Assembly (NCBI GenBank): GCA_965644315.1
Contig: CBFFRQ010000191.1
Location: forward strand, 1 to 13,990
Source of the DNA: Caecitellus pseudoparvulus
Lineage: Eukaryota; Protista; Bigyra: Bicosoecida
Reading direction: 5' to 3'
DNA length: 13,990 nucleotides
Each line of letters opens with the position of its first letter. Within the stretch, counting starts at the first letter, position 1. Of this stretch, positions 1-8,565 are shown piece by piece. The notes beneath the pieces were generated by a model. It searched no databases and was not told the DNA's origin. It was given only the letters and a program-made list of their open reading frames with translations. Position numbers and translations under genes: made by a program.

Positions 1-151
1 GGCTGGGAAGTCACTCGGGCAAAGTTGGACATGGGCGTGGGCAGCTCCCTCCTTGCAGAATGGAGGCCAAAGGCAAAAACGTGAGAGGCCATTCTGTCTG
101 ATCCAAGCGGGAGTGAGTTGATGATGCAACGTTTGAGAGTGAAGGGGTGCA

Positions 152-619
152 TTGTGGAGAGGAGCCATATGCCAACCAGCTAAGTCAAAGCCAGTGCCGG
201 CCTCTTACGAGGCACAGTCAAGGAATCGTGAAGGAAGGGCGCTTGTCCTCAGCGCCCATATCGTGTGCACCGAGCTGCATGGGGCTTACGCTAGCAACAA
301 GCTGCACTCTCCACGAAAAGACTCAGAGTTCGCTGAGCCCCTCAACGGGTTGGTTGCCATGCCTGGCTACGACCCCCATCACGCGCCCGCCGTCTTCACC
401 AACGAGGTTTTCAGTCAGCTCAATAACACCTCCATCTCCTCGGCGCAACCGAAGGCTGTTCTTTGTGAAAGCAAGCTTCACACTTCAGCTTCAGAGGTGC
501 TGCGGGTGTTGTCTTCCACACTGCACCGGTTTTGGGAGTCCGGGGATCCGACCCCATCGGTGACCTCCTTGGCCCACCAGTCAAGCTCCCAATCTTTCTC
601 ATTTCAGTGGAAAAAGTGA
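152..619 (+). CDS. Possible 3' exon or fragment of a hypothetical protein starting upstream
   Basis: 155-codon open frame with plausible composition (FAEPLNGLVAMPGYDPHHAPAVFTNEVFSQL). No good ATG start and no recognisable domain. Confidence 0.3.
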   Translation: MWRGAICQPAKSKPVPASYEAQSRNREGRALVLSAHIVCTELHGAYASNKLHSPRKDSEFAEPLNGLVAMPGYDPHHAPAVFTNEVFSQLNNTSISSAQPKAVLCESKLHTSASEVLRVLSSTLHRFWESGDPTPSVTSLAHQSSSQSFSFQWKK

Positions 620-1424
620 CGAGTGGGTGCCTCTGAAGGCCACACAGCTGTTGAGGTGAGCATTGGGTAAGACCAGCCCCCCCCCAAATGACTGTACCGC
701 CTGCACTTGCTGGACGATCTGATATGATGAAAAAGAAGAAACGCTGAAGGCACGTGAAGTTCAACAACCAATAAGAGAGTACACCAGTCTTAGGGTATGC
801 GTGTCGTGGCTCGCGGAGCAAGGGAGGTGGCGGCTGGGTCGTTCACCAGAGTTACACATGAAACGCTATTCCAGACCATCCTTGCTTCACTTGCCAGACT
901 TCCACACTTTCGAGACCAGCGAGCACACGAAACAGTTTTTTCACAAGTGGAACTTTGGGATATTTGCTTTTATCGCTTTCTGTCGTTGAGGTGCCAAGGT
1001 AGGAACTGGGCAGCTGGGTCGAGCAGCTGATGCACCGCTTTGCCTCATGCGAACAAATCGTCTCTCCTGCGAACCTATTTGGGCTGGAAATGACATGCAA
1101 CACCACCGAATGCCTGATCTTCAAACTAAGCAGTCAGCGCTTGTGCCATCGATGCCGCTCGGCTCTGGTTTGAGTGCGCAGCCACGGGCAGTATGCCTGG
1201 CGCAAGTACCGGCCACACAGCGAGCGGGCTCAAGGCTGCGCCGGACATCGGACTGCTGCGCTATGGAGGTCCCGGCAAGCACTTCCCAGGTAGTACCCAC
1301 AAGATATCACCATTCTAAGCGTGTCTCTGCCGACCAAAGCTGCAAGCGAGGGCGTCAAATGGGAGCCAGCTCGAGCTGCCCCAAGCCACACTGCACAGGT
1401 GGAGCAGGGGTGCTGTTTTCGAGA

Positions 1425-4400
1425 ATGAGTGCCATTGGAACAAAGAGGAGGTGGGAGTGTCTCGTTTGGTTGACCATTATGATGAACCTGTTGACCGGGG
1501 TGGTGGGCGGAGTGCCATCATGCTGTGTTGTAGTGGGTAGCACCTTGGAAAGCTGTAATGCGTGTGTTGGACCAAACCTTTGGATTTCGCTCGGGAGCTT
1601 CAAGCAGATCAACGTTGGTGCATTCGAAAACGTCACCGGTCTCGCAAGCCTGCACCTGACTGACAACCATGCCCTGGCCAGCCTTCCACCCGGGGTTTTC
1701 CGTAATCTCGGGAGCCTCAACAGTCTGTATCTGGGCCACAACGCTGCCTTGACCAACCTTCACCCTGACGTGTTTCTGGGCCTGGCAAGCCTCACCAGTT
1801 TGCGCATCTACGTCAATAACTTCCTTACAAGTCTGCCGCCGGGAGTTTTCGACCGACTCACCGGCCTTTCAAGTCTGTATGTGTTTCACAACTCTCGGCT
1901 TACTACTCTGCCGTTGGGGGTTTTTGACAACCTCACCAACCTCACACAGCTCTTCCTGAACGACAACTCTCGCCTGTCCAGCCTGCCATCCGGCGTGTTT
2001 GACTGGCTCACTAACATCGAAGAGCTGCACTTGAATGGGAACGAACTCAGAAGTCTGCAATCGGGTGTATTTGACCATCTCCGGAACCTCACGCTTCTGG
2101 ACCTTAGCGACAATGCCCTTGCCAGCCTGCCGCCTGGCGTGTTCGACAACCTCACCAGCCTGAGAGAGTTGTACCTGAATGAGAACAACCTTCACAGTCT
2201 ACCAACAGGCGTGTTCGATAATCTCAATCGCCTCACAATCCTTGACATGAGAAGGAACACAGAACTGACCAGCCTCCCATCCGGTACTTTTGACAACCTC
2301 ACAAGCCTCACTAGCTTGGGTCTGAGCAACTATGAGGCTGTGGTTCGCTTGCCATCAGGGGTGTGTGAGAGGTTCCCTAGCCTAACGAACCTGGACTTGA
2401 GCTACAGCACCCTTGGTTCTTTGCCTTTGGGCGTATTTGACAACTTCACCTGTCTAAGACATTTGGATTTGAGCCACAACCGTGCCCTGGCCAGCCTGCC
2501 TGTGGGTGTGTTCGACCGCCTTACTAATCTGAACTCGTTCTTGGCTACATCTTCACCTTTCTTGTACCACTGCCCGCCCCCTTCCTGGACAGCAATCAAC
2601 TGCTCGATGCAGCTTGTTTCAATTCCTCCAGAACCTCGCTTGTGCATGTGCAGTGGGTGCCCGACTGCAGCTCCTCGGGCCAACACGTCACTCTCGTGTG
2701 ATGAGCCGTACAGTTGCTCGGCAACGTCAGGGGACACCACTTTCAACTTGAGAGATGGATCTTGCGTATACTGTTCCGGCGTTCATTCGTGTACGAACAC
2801 AAGCATGTTTTGTACTCGTCCATCTACTTCCGGACACTGCAGCATTTCATGCACTGGACATGGCTCTTGTGCAGGTGTCGCGCTTTATGGCATGTGGAAC
2901 TGTACGGCCGGCAATTGTCCACCTGTTGTAGACGTAGGGTGCGCTCAAGGCCAACGGCGGCCGCTGCCATCGCCGTCTGCACATCCGACGAACACACCCT
3001 CACCAAGTGCAACGACTACCAGCTCCCCAACTGGTTCAAGCACGACCAGTCCCACTCAGTCAGGCACTTCAACCGTCTCGGTATCTGTCACTCCCAGCGT
3101 CAGCTTTAGCAGCAGCAGCAGCAGCAGCGCCAATGTCACGGGCACGGCAACCATCTCGCCAAGTCCCAGCGCCAGTATCAGCGGTCGCATGAACAGCACA
3201 GTCAGTCCAAGAAGACCTTCGACCCAAACCATCACCCCCACCAGCCTTCCAACAGGAACTCTCCCCCACTCGACTACAGCCCAGCCCACTGCCCCACTAA
3301 CCCCAAGACCGTCTTCCACACCTGAACTGTCTCTTCCATGCTCAGCTTGGGCCATCACCCTCTCCGCACAGAACTCCTCATCCCGCGTTCAGATTGATCC
3401 TCACTTCTCAGCACAGCTCGCATGTGCCGAGCACTGTTCCTCACCGCAAGCCATAATTCTCCCCTGCCCTCGACCAGGCTCTTGCCTTCCACACACCGAC
3501 GTGCGCCTCCTGTCAGCCTGCCAGCCTGGACACCGCGGCCTCGCGTGCCAAGCCTGTACCGACGGCTGGGCTGCCACCTCCCCCTGCACCACGTGTCGCC
3601 AGTGTCCCTACGGTGGCGTGGCGCCTAGTTTCGTCAAGGCAGGCACGACAGTCGCTCAGATACTGCTGGGACTGGCCGTGTCCCTGTTCGCGGTGCACGG
3701 CTATGCACGTGCTCCAGACCGTGTCGCGACGACCCTGTTCAGTGGCGGCCTGCGCCTGGCCATGTGGTACATCGGCATGGCGGGGCAGGTGGCGCTACTG
3801 GCTGCCGACACGCCGAGCACACTGCAGGCGACAGCCCACACTCTGGGCCAGTGGGCCGATGTCTGTGGCATGGCGCAGCCATGGCGAGCAGGCCAAGACC
3901 AGGCCCTGCCGCCCAACGGCACCATGTACGCGAGCCAGCCTGAGCCAGTCCAAGGCATAGATGTGCTGGGCATCCTGGGCGCACTCACAGGGCGGGCTGG
4001 CGTCGCGACAATGCCAGGTGCCGGATGTCTCACGGGCGGAGGCGACAGCCGCAGCCCGCATGATGCCGCCAACATCATCATGGCCGTGTACGGGGGCGTC
4101 CTGCTGTGTGTCAGTGCCGCTGTGCTGTGGTGCGCTCGCCCTGCTCCTGGCAGGACCTGCTCCACCATCATGCTACTCCTGGCACCCGCTGCGTTTATGC
4201 AGGTGGTGCCCAGTGTCATCCAGGGCCAGGCTCGCGTCGTGGGTCTGCAGCCAGTGTGGCGTGGCATGTCCAGTCCAGATGATGTCGCTGGGCATGCGGC
4301 TGACGTGGGCGGCTACGCTGCATCCCTGACGCTGCAGTGCTTGGCTGCCACGGTGGGTGTGCTGAGTGTGCTTGCTTGGCGGCAGTGGCGGAGGTCGGAA

Positions 4401-5387
4401 CAGCTGCTGCCGCGGGGGCCGTCCATCCCTGCCTACTGCACGATGGGGTACCGCATGCAATACTCGCCACAGCAAGCCGTCCAACTTGCGCAAACTACAA
4501 GTGCAGGCAAGGCACTTCAGGCAGCTGCTGTCGCATCAGCACGCGCCAACGAGCGTGCCTGCTGCGGTGCCGGGCACCTCCTGCCCACACACGCCTTCCC
4601 TGCCCTGCAGATGGCCCTTGTCGTCCTCGTGGCGGTCATGGGCAGCATGACGACGTCCATCGTGGCTCGCCTCGTGTGTGTGGGGGTGGGTGTGGCGGGC
4701 AGCATGGCCCTCGTGCAGCACCGTCGGCCATGGGCGCTGGCTGAGCTGAGCGACCTGGATGTCCTGACCCATGGCGGCATCCTGGTGCAGGTGGTGTGTG
4801 TGGGCGTGGGCACAGCAGATGGCGGACTGGCCATTGCTGCATCCATCATCTCCGGCATCGGACATGTGCTTGTGCTGCTGTGGCTGGCGATGGCTGTCGC
4901 TCGAGGGTACAGCGGCCGAGTGCGAGCACTGCTGGCACGTGTGGGTTGGCGCCTGCGTACGTTGCTGCCTGAGCTGGGGCCAGCCAGTGCAGGAAGTGGC
5001 AGCAGTGGTCAGCTGGGCGATGTGACCGACAGCCAAGTGCCGGGTGTGGGCAGCATTGTGTGGGCGTTGGTGCAGCGGTGTGTACGGCGAGGTGAGGTGC
5101 GGCCGGCAGCGTCTCGTCCAGCGTCAGATGTGTTGAGTGTGTTGGGCATGGTGCAGGAGCAGGGGCTGAGCGTAGAGACTGGCATGGCGGATGTGGTGGG
5201 TGACTCGGGGTCAACCCTGATTGCCATGCCGTCTGTCCGTGACATGATTCGATCTATGTCTCAGAATCGGTTGGATCGCCAGGTTGCACCGACTGGTCAG
5301 CCCCTTCATGCAAGAAGCACTGGGAGTTTCACCCGCACAGTGCAAGGATCTAATCTGATGCCGCATTCCACCGTTCAAGAGCGATAG
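1425..5387 (+). CDS. LRR-ectodomain multi-pass membrane receptor (signal peptide, ~13 LRRs, Cys-rich, mucin-like stalk, Cys-rich, ~9 TM, cytoplasmic tail)
   Basis: The ORF is open from 1047 to 5387. The in-frame ATG at 1425 begins a signal-peptide-like segment (MSAIGTKRRWECLVWLTIMMNLLTGVVGG), so it is the preferred start. LRRs run 1599-2560, Cys-rich ~2570-2945, S/T/P stalk ~2965-3335. CQPGHRGLACQACTDGW..CTTCRQC is followed by about 9 hydrophobic segments at ~3650-4900. The true end may be 5756 (see findings). Confidence 0.9.
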   Translation: MSAIGTKRRWECLVWLTIMMNLLTGVVGGVPSCCVVVGSTLESCNACVGPNLWISLGSFKQINVGAFENVTGLASLHLTDNHALASLPPGVFRNLGSLNSLYLGHNAALTNLHPDVFLGLASLTSLRIYVNNFLTSLPPGVFDRLTGLSSLYVFHNSRLTTLPLGVFDNLTNLTQLFLNDNSRLSSLPSGVFDWLTNIEELHLNGNELRSLQSGVFDHLRNLTLLDLSDNALASLPPGVFDNLTSLRELYLNENNLHSLPTGVFDNLNRLTILDMRRNTELTSLPSGTFDNLTSLTSLGLSNYEAVVRLPSGVCERFPSLTNLDLSYSTLGSLPLGVFDNFTCLRHLDLSHNRALASLPVGVFDRLTNLNSFLATSSPFLYHCPPPSWTAINCSMQLVSIPPEPRLCMCSGCPTAAPRANTSLSCDEPYSCSATSGDTTFNLRDGSCVYCSGVHSCTNTSMFCTRPSTSGHCSISCTGHGSCAGVALYGMWNCTAGNCPPVVDVGCAQGQRRPLPSPSAHPTNTPSPSATTTSSPTGSSTTSPTQSGTSTVSVSVTPSVSFSSSSSSSANVTGTATISPSPSASISGRMNSTVSPRRPSTQTITPTSLPTGTLPHSTTAQPTAPLTPRPSSTPELSLPCSAWAITLSAQNSSSRVQIDPHFSAQLACAEHCSSPQAIILPCPRPGSCLPHTDVRLLSACQPGHRGLACQACTDGWAATSPCTTCRQCPYGGVAPSFVKAGTTVAQILLGLAVSLFAVHGYARAPDRVATTLFSGGLRLAMWYIGMAGQVALLAADTPSTLQATAHTLGQWADVCGMAQPWRAGQDQALPPNGTMYASQPEPVQGIDVLGILGALTGRAGVATMPGAGCLTGGGDSRSPHDAANIIMAVYGGVLLCVSAAVLWCARPAPGRTCSTIMLLLAPAAFMQVVPSVIQGQARVVGLQPVWRGMSSPDDVAGHAADVGGYAASLTLQCLAATVGVLSVLAWRQWRRSEQLLPRGPSIPAYCTMGYRMQYSPQQAVQLAQTTSAGKALQAAAVASARANERACCGAGHLLPTHAFPALQMALVVLVAVMGSMTTSIVARLVCVGVGVAGSMALVQHRRPWALAELSDLDVLTHGGILVQVVCVGVGTADGGLAIAASIISGIGHVLVLLWLAMAVARGYSGRVRALLARVGWRLRTLLPELGPASAGSGSSGQLGDVTDSQVPGVGSIVWALVQRCVRRGEVRPAASRPASDVLSVLGMVQEQGLSVETGMADVVGDSGSTLIAMPSVRDMIRSMSQNRLDRQVAPTGQPLHARSTGSFTRTVQGSNLMPHSTVQER
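1599..2560 (+). repeat. Tandem leucine-rich repeat array, ~13 units of 24-25 aa (72-75 nt), consensus LxSLPxGVFDxLTxLxxLxLxxN
   Basis: Read directly from the translation, e.g. LTSLPPGVFDRLTGLSSLYVFHNSR and LASLPPGVFDNLTSLRELYLNENN. The DNA motif gccct(g/t)gccagcct(t/g)cc recurs at ~1671, ~2116 and ~2484. Confidence 0.95.
3108..3128 (+). repeat. (AGC)7 microsatellite encoding poly-Ser in the receptor stalk
   Basis: agc x7 in frame, giving FSSSSSSSAN. Confidence 0.9.
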
Positions 5388-5756
5388 CCTTTGCAAGTTG
5401 CAAGACCTGGTGCTGGTGCTGCCCGTCCTATCCGTGCCCAGGCATCGCCAAGAGATCAACCTCAAGTGGGAGTAATGGCAAGCGGCGAGCGGCAGAATCT
5501 GCCCCCAGAGCTGCCAGTCACCGGCATGGCTCAGCGGCGTGCGAGCGTTGTGGAGGCGATCCTGTCTCCTGAATCTGATGCTGGGCAGGGTGAAGAGGAT
5601 CCTGATGCAGCGTTGGCGCTGGCATTTTCCCGTCACGCTGACAGACGCATGTCAAGGGGTCGCCGCATAGATGGCCGCGGTCGCGTGTCCTTCACGGCTG
5701 CTCGCCCACAGCGCGCATCCGTGCATGGTGGCGAGTCACAGGGCAAGCAGGATTGA
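5388..5756 (+). CDS. Probable terminal coding segment of the LRR receptor (cytoplasmic tail), in frame after the TAG at 5385-5387
   Basis: Same frame as 1047..5387 and open to TGA 5754-5756. The sequence is protein-like, with RRAS, RRMS and RVSF motifs. A candidate frame-preserving intron, 5283-5387 (CAG|GTTGCA...CTAAT...GATAG), would remove the stop. Confidence 0.55.
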   Translation, partial: PLQVARPGAGAARPIRAQASPRDQPQVGVMASGERQNLPPELPVTGMAQRRASVVEAILSPESDAGQGEEDPDAALALAFSRHADRRMSRGRRIDGRGRVSFTAARPQRASVHGGESQGKQD

Positions 5757-6165
5757 TCGCGCATTCAACTTCCAAGCCTAACTCTGCTCCAGGCAAGTGC
5801 CCACAAGGTCTGCAAGGAGCCATCATTACCTAGAAGCGTGCTTGTTGCTCCCTTCCGTTTGGCGCGTGCCGCTTGCTCATGCCCAGACTTGGCAGGGACA
5901 GACAGACTTGGGCGCCTTTCATCCGCACAAGCTCCCCACCCTCTGCGGCAGAGCCGAGTCCAGACTGACTTGCGGCACACTTCAAAGCCGCTCAAAGTGA
6001 CCTGGGCCTTACACATCTCGCCATCGCCACCCGATTGCGCCCGTCCGCCTTCCCGTCCTTGGCGACTGGGTCGGCCCAGTCCTGCGCGGCATCGCAATTC
6101 ACAGCTGGCCAATCTCGCACGTCACTGCGGGAGCTGGCCCGAGCCAGGCGTCCAGCGTTGGGACC

Positions 6166-8541
6166 ATGGCGACTTCAGCCGACCCACCTCACACAGCTGG
6201 CATGAAGACTGTCCAGTCATCTCCTGCATTCGGCAAGGCGCCTTCAGCCATGCTGCGGAGCGCAGTGTGCGTGTGTCGGCGTTTCAGCTGCTCCGCCATC
6301 GCATGCTCCACATCGGCCCCGCTCACGCGCCACGCAGGTGTCACGCGGTGCAGATGAAGGCTGTAGCATTGGCTACTGCCACGTTGTGTACTGCTCTGCT
6401 GTGTGGTTTCTTCTTCGTGTCGCGGTGGGCGTTGGAGACTGCAGGTGCGTTCCATTGCGCCGGTCGCCGCAGCAACCTCCGGCACTCTCCCCACACTGCG
6501 CTCCCTTCCCCGCCGCGCACCACAGCTGGCCTCCCAGGGGGCCCCCACTTGCCGTACGAACGAGGGAACTCGACGTTTGCAGGGGAGTCTCTGGATGACG
6601 CGTCTCTCGCTTCGTTGCAGACGCCCATCGCATCGGTGGGTGTTTCTGCCTCTGGCTCTCAGCACGCTTTGCCCGCGATGGCTCGCCTGGGCGCGCTGCA
6701 CCAGCGCCAGCGCACACCGCTCCCGCGCTGCTTCTCAGGGGAGTCTGTACTGGGCTCTTGCCCTCCAAGCCAATGTCTCTGCATGGTTCATGGCGTTCGG
6801 CACGGGCATCAGCATCTGGCTGGGCGTCGTTGCGTGGACTCTGCCGCCGGGCTGGAGCTGGACCGTGCCCTTCCTCCTCCTGCCCTTCCTCAGCAACTCA
6901 GTGCGCAGCTTCGTCACGCTGACCCTGAACATGCTGACGAGCTCAGCCTTTGTGGAGACCGTGTCCACTCTCGTCGCAACCCTTGTTCACGTGCGGAAGC
7001 GAGTCGTGTCCATTTTATGTTGCACGGCTGCACGTGCACCCGCCCACCGCGCTTCTTCGCAGATTCCTGTTGTCGTATCGTGGGTCATGCAGCTTCGCGG
7101 TGCGGCGTTCAAGTTTGTGCACAAGCCCGTCGCCTTTGCAGTGCGGTACAACCTCGCCTTGATCGTGCTGGGCGTGGTGCTGATGTATGGCGTGGCGCCG
7201 CTGTTCGACACGGGCGACACTGCCTCCCGCGTGCTGCTGCGCATTTTCGTGTGGCCCCTGTCCCTGGAGTTCGTCCTGGCCATCATGCGCTTCCTGCTGC
7301 GCATGCACTTTGCGGACACGCTGCCGTTCCGCGTGCTGCCGTGGATGTTGCTGCCGATCATGTCGCTGGGCGCAGCACTGGGGCGCCTGTTCGTGACAGC
7401 TTCAGAGTCCATTACAATCACCATTATCGTCTCCGTCATCATCTCGTCGGTCGAAGTGACCATGCGCATCAGCATGCCGCAGCGCGACGCAGCGTACGAG
7501 GCCCTGTGGCGCGCCCTGCCCTGCACGCGCAACAGGCAGCAACTGCCACTTCCTGAGCAGCGCAAGGCGGCGCGGCGCATGAACAGCTCCTTCTACAGCT
7601 TCCTGCTCCTAGACACCATGTGTGAGGACGTCGCCATCCTCGTCATGATCCCCCTCGTGGCGCTGTGGCGCATTCCCTCCAGCCAGGGCGGGCCGCCACT
7701 GGGCCTGCCCACCATCATCGCGCGTGTGGCCATCCAGCTGCTGCTGGAGTTCGGCACGGATGTCTTTCCCTACGTCCTGTACTGGCTGCTGCACACGGTG
7801 TGGGGCGAGCGGACTGGGTATGTGCCAGTGACCGCTTCCCTCATGCACGCAGGCGCGCTGGAGGATGGCGTGCCGAGCAAAGCCCCTCCCAAGGCAGGCG
7901 CTTCACTGTCCACCCTGGCGCCAGCACTGGTGGACGACAGCGATGCTGGTCCAGCCACCACGCCCCTCGCTGCTGGCAACCCCCTGGCTGAGGACTCGGG
8001 CAGCCCCACACACCGGTCCTCGCCCAGCACACCACAAGCTTCAGCGTCCCCAATGGCCAGCGCTGCGGCTGACAGGGCCCCAGGGGTGTGTTCCTGGACA
8101 GGCTTCGACCGCGACCCAGCCCGGACCTGCATGCCGTGCAACGCCTGCTGCCCGCCCTATGCTGGGCCAGCAGCGGAGCAGTACGTCGCCACTGTGCGGT
8201 CTGCACATGCCGTGCAGTTGGCAGATGAGGACTGCCACATCTGGGAGCCGGTGAAGCCTCAAGCCGTGCATGCTGCGATGGCGCAGTGCCTGCCTCAAGG
8301 CACAGCCCCCAGCTTGGGGTGGCAGTTCACGCTGCTGTTCCAGGCAGAGCAGCTGGCCACTCGCTTGCTGCACGCCTTTGCCTTCCTGCCCAGCTGGTGG
8401 GCGCTGCACTTCATCACAGTGGGGGCTGTCATGGTCACCTTTGCCATCACGGACCGCTTCGCTCCTGCCCGCTACTGCCCCTTTGACGACGGCAGCGGGG
8501 GCTGGTACTACGACGCGTGCGGCGTGCGGGAGCAAGCTTGA
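6166..8541 (+). CDS. Uncharacterised multi-pass membrane protein (~682 aa, ~10-11 TM); join(6166..6266,6338..6444,6526..6635,6739..6990,7063..8541)
   Basis: Start context accATGG at 6166. Four GT-AG introns join three ORF-track ORFs into one open frame of 2049 nt. The last exon has strong C/G third-position bias and many hydrophobic helices, e.g. YNLALIVLGVVLMYGVAPLF and ITITIIVSVIISSVEVTM. Confidence 0.85.
6267..6337 (+). other. Spliceosomal intron 1 of the membrane protein gene (71 nt, phase 2)
   Basis: GTGCGT donor, GCTCAC branch-like motif at 6321, CACGCAG acceptor. Splicing gives ...SAV-CHAVQMK and corrects the frame. Confidence 0.8.
6445..6525 (+). other. Spliceosomal intron 2 (81 nt, phase 1, 3n, stop-free)
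   Basis: CAG|GTGCGT donor, C-rich tract, CACAG acceptor. Confidence 0.7.
6636..6738 (+). other. Spliceosomal intron 3 (103 nt, phase 0)
   Basis: GTGGGT donor and CTTCTCAG acceptor. It shifts from the 5838 frame to the 6403 frame (TPIAS-GSLYWAL). Confidence 0.8.
6991..7062 (+). other. Spliceosomal intron 4 (72 nt, phase 0, 3n, stop-free)
   Basis: GTGCGG donor and CTTCTTCGCAG acceptor. Removal restores a continuous hydrophobic helix, LVATLVH-IPVVVSWVM. Confidence 0.75.
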
Positions 8542-8565
8542 AGATGGCCGGCCTCGCCACCGAGC

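Noticed and set aside
1047-1424. 126-aa N-terminal extension of the LRR ORF
   Set aside because: It precedes a signal-peptide-like segment starting at ATG 1425 and looks like translated UTR, so it is probably not coding.
5838-7556. 572-aa ORF as an independent gene overlapping 6403..8541
   Set aside because: Only 6338-6444 and 6526-6635 fit the spliced model. The rest is an Arg/Ala/His-rich off-frame shadow of GC-rich coding sequence.
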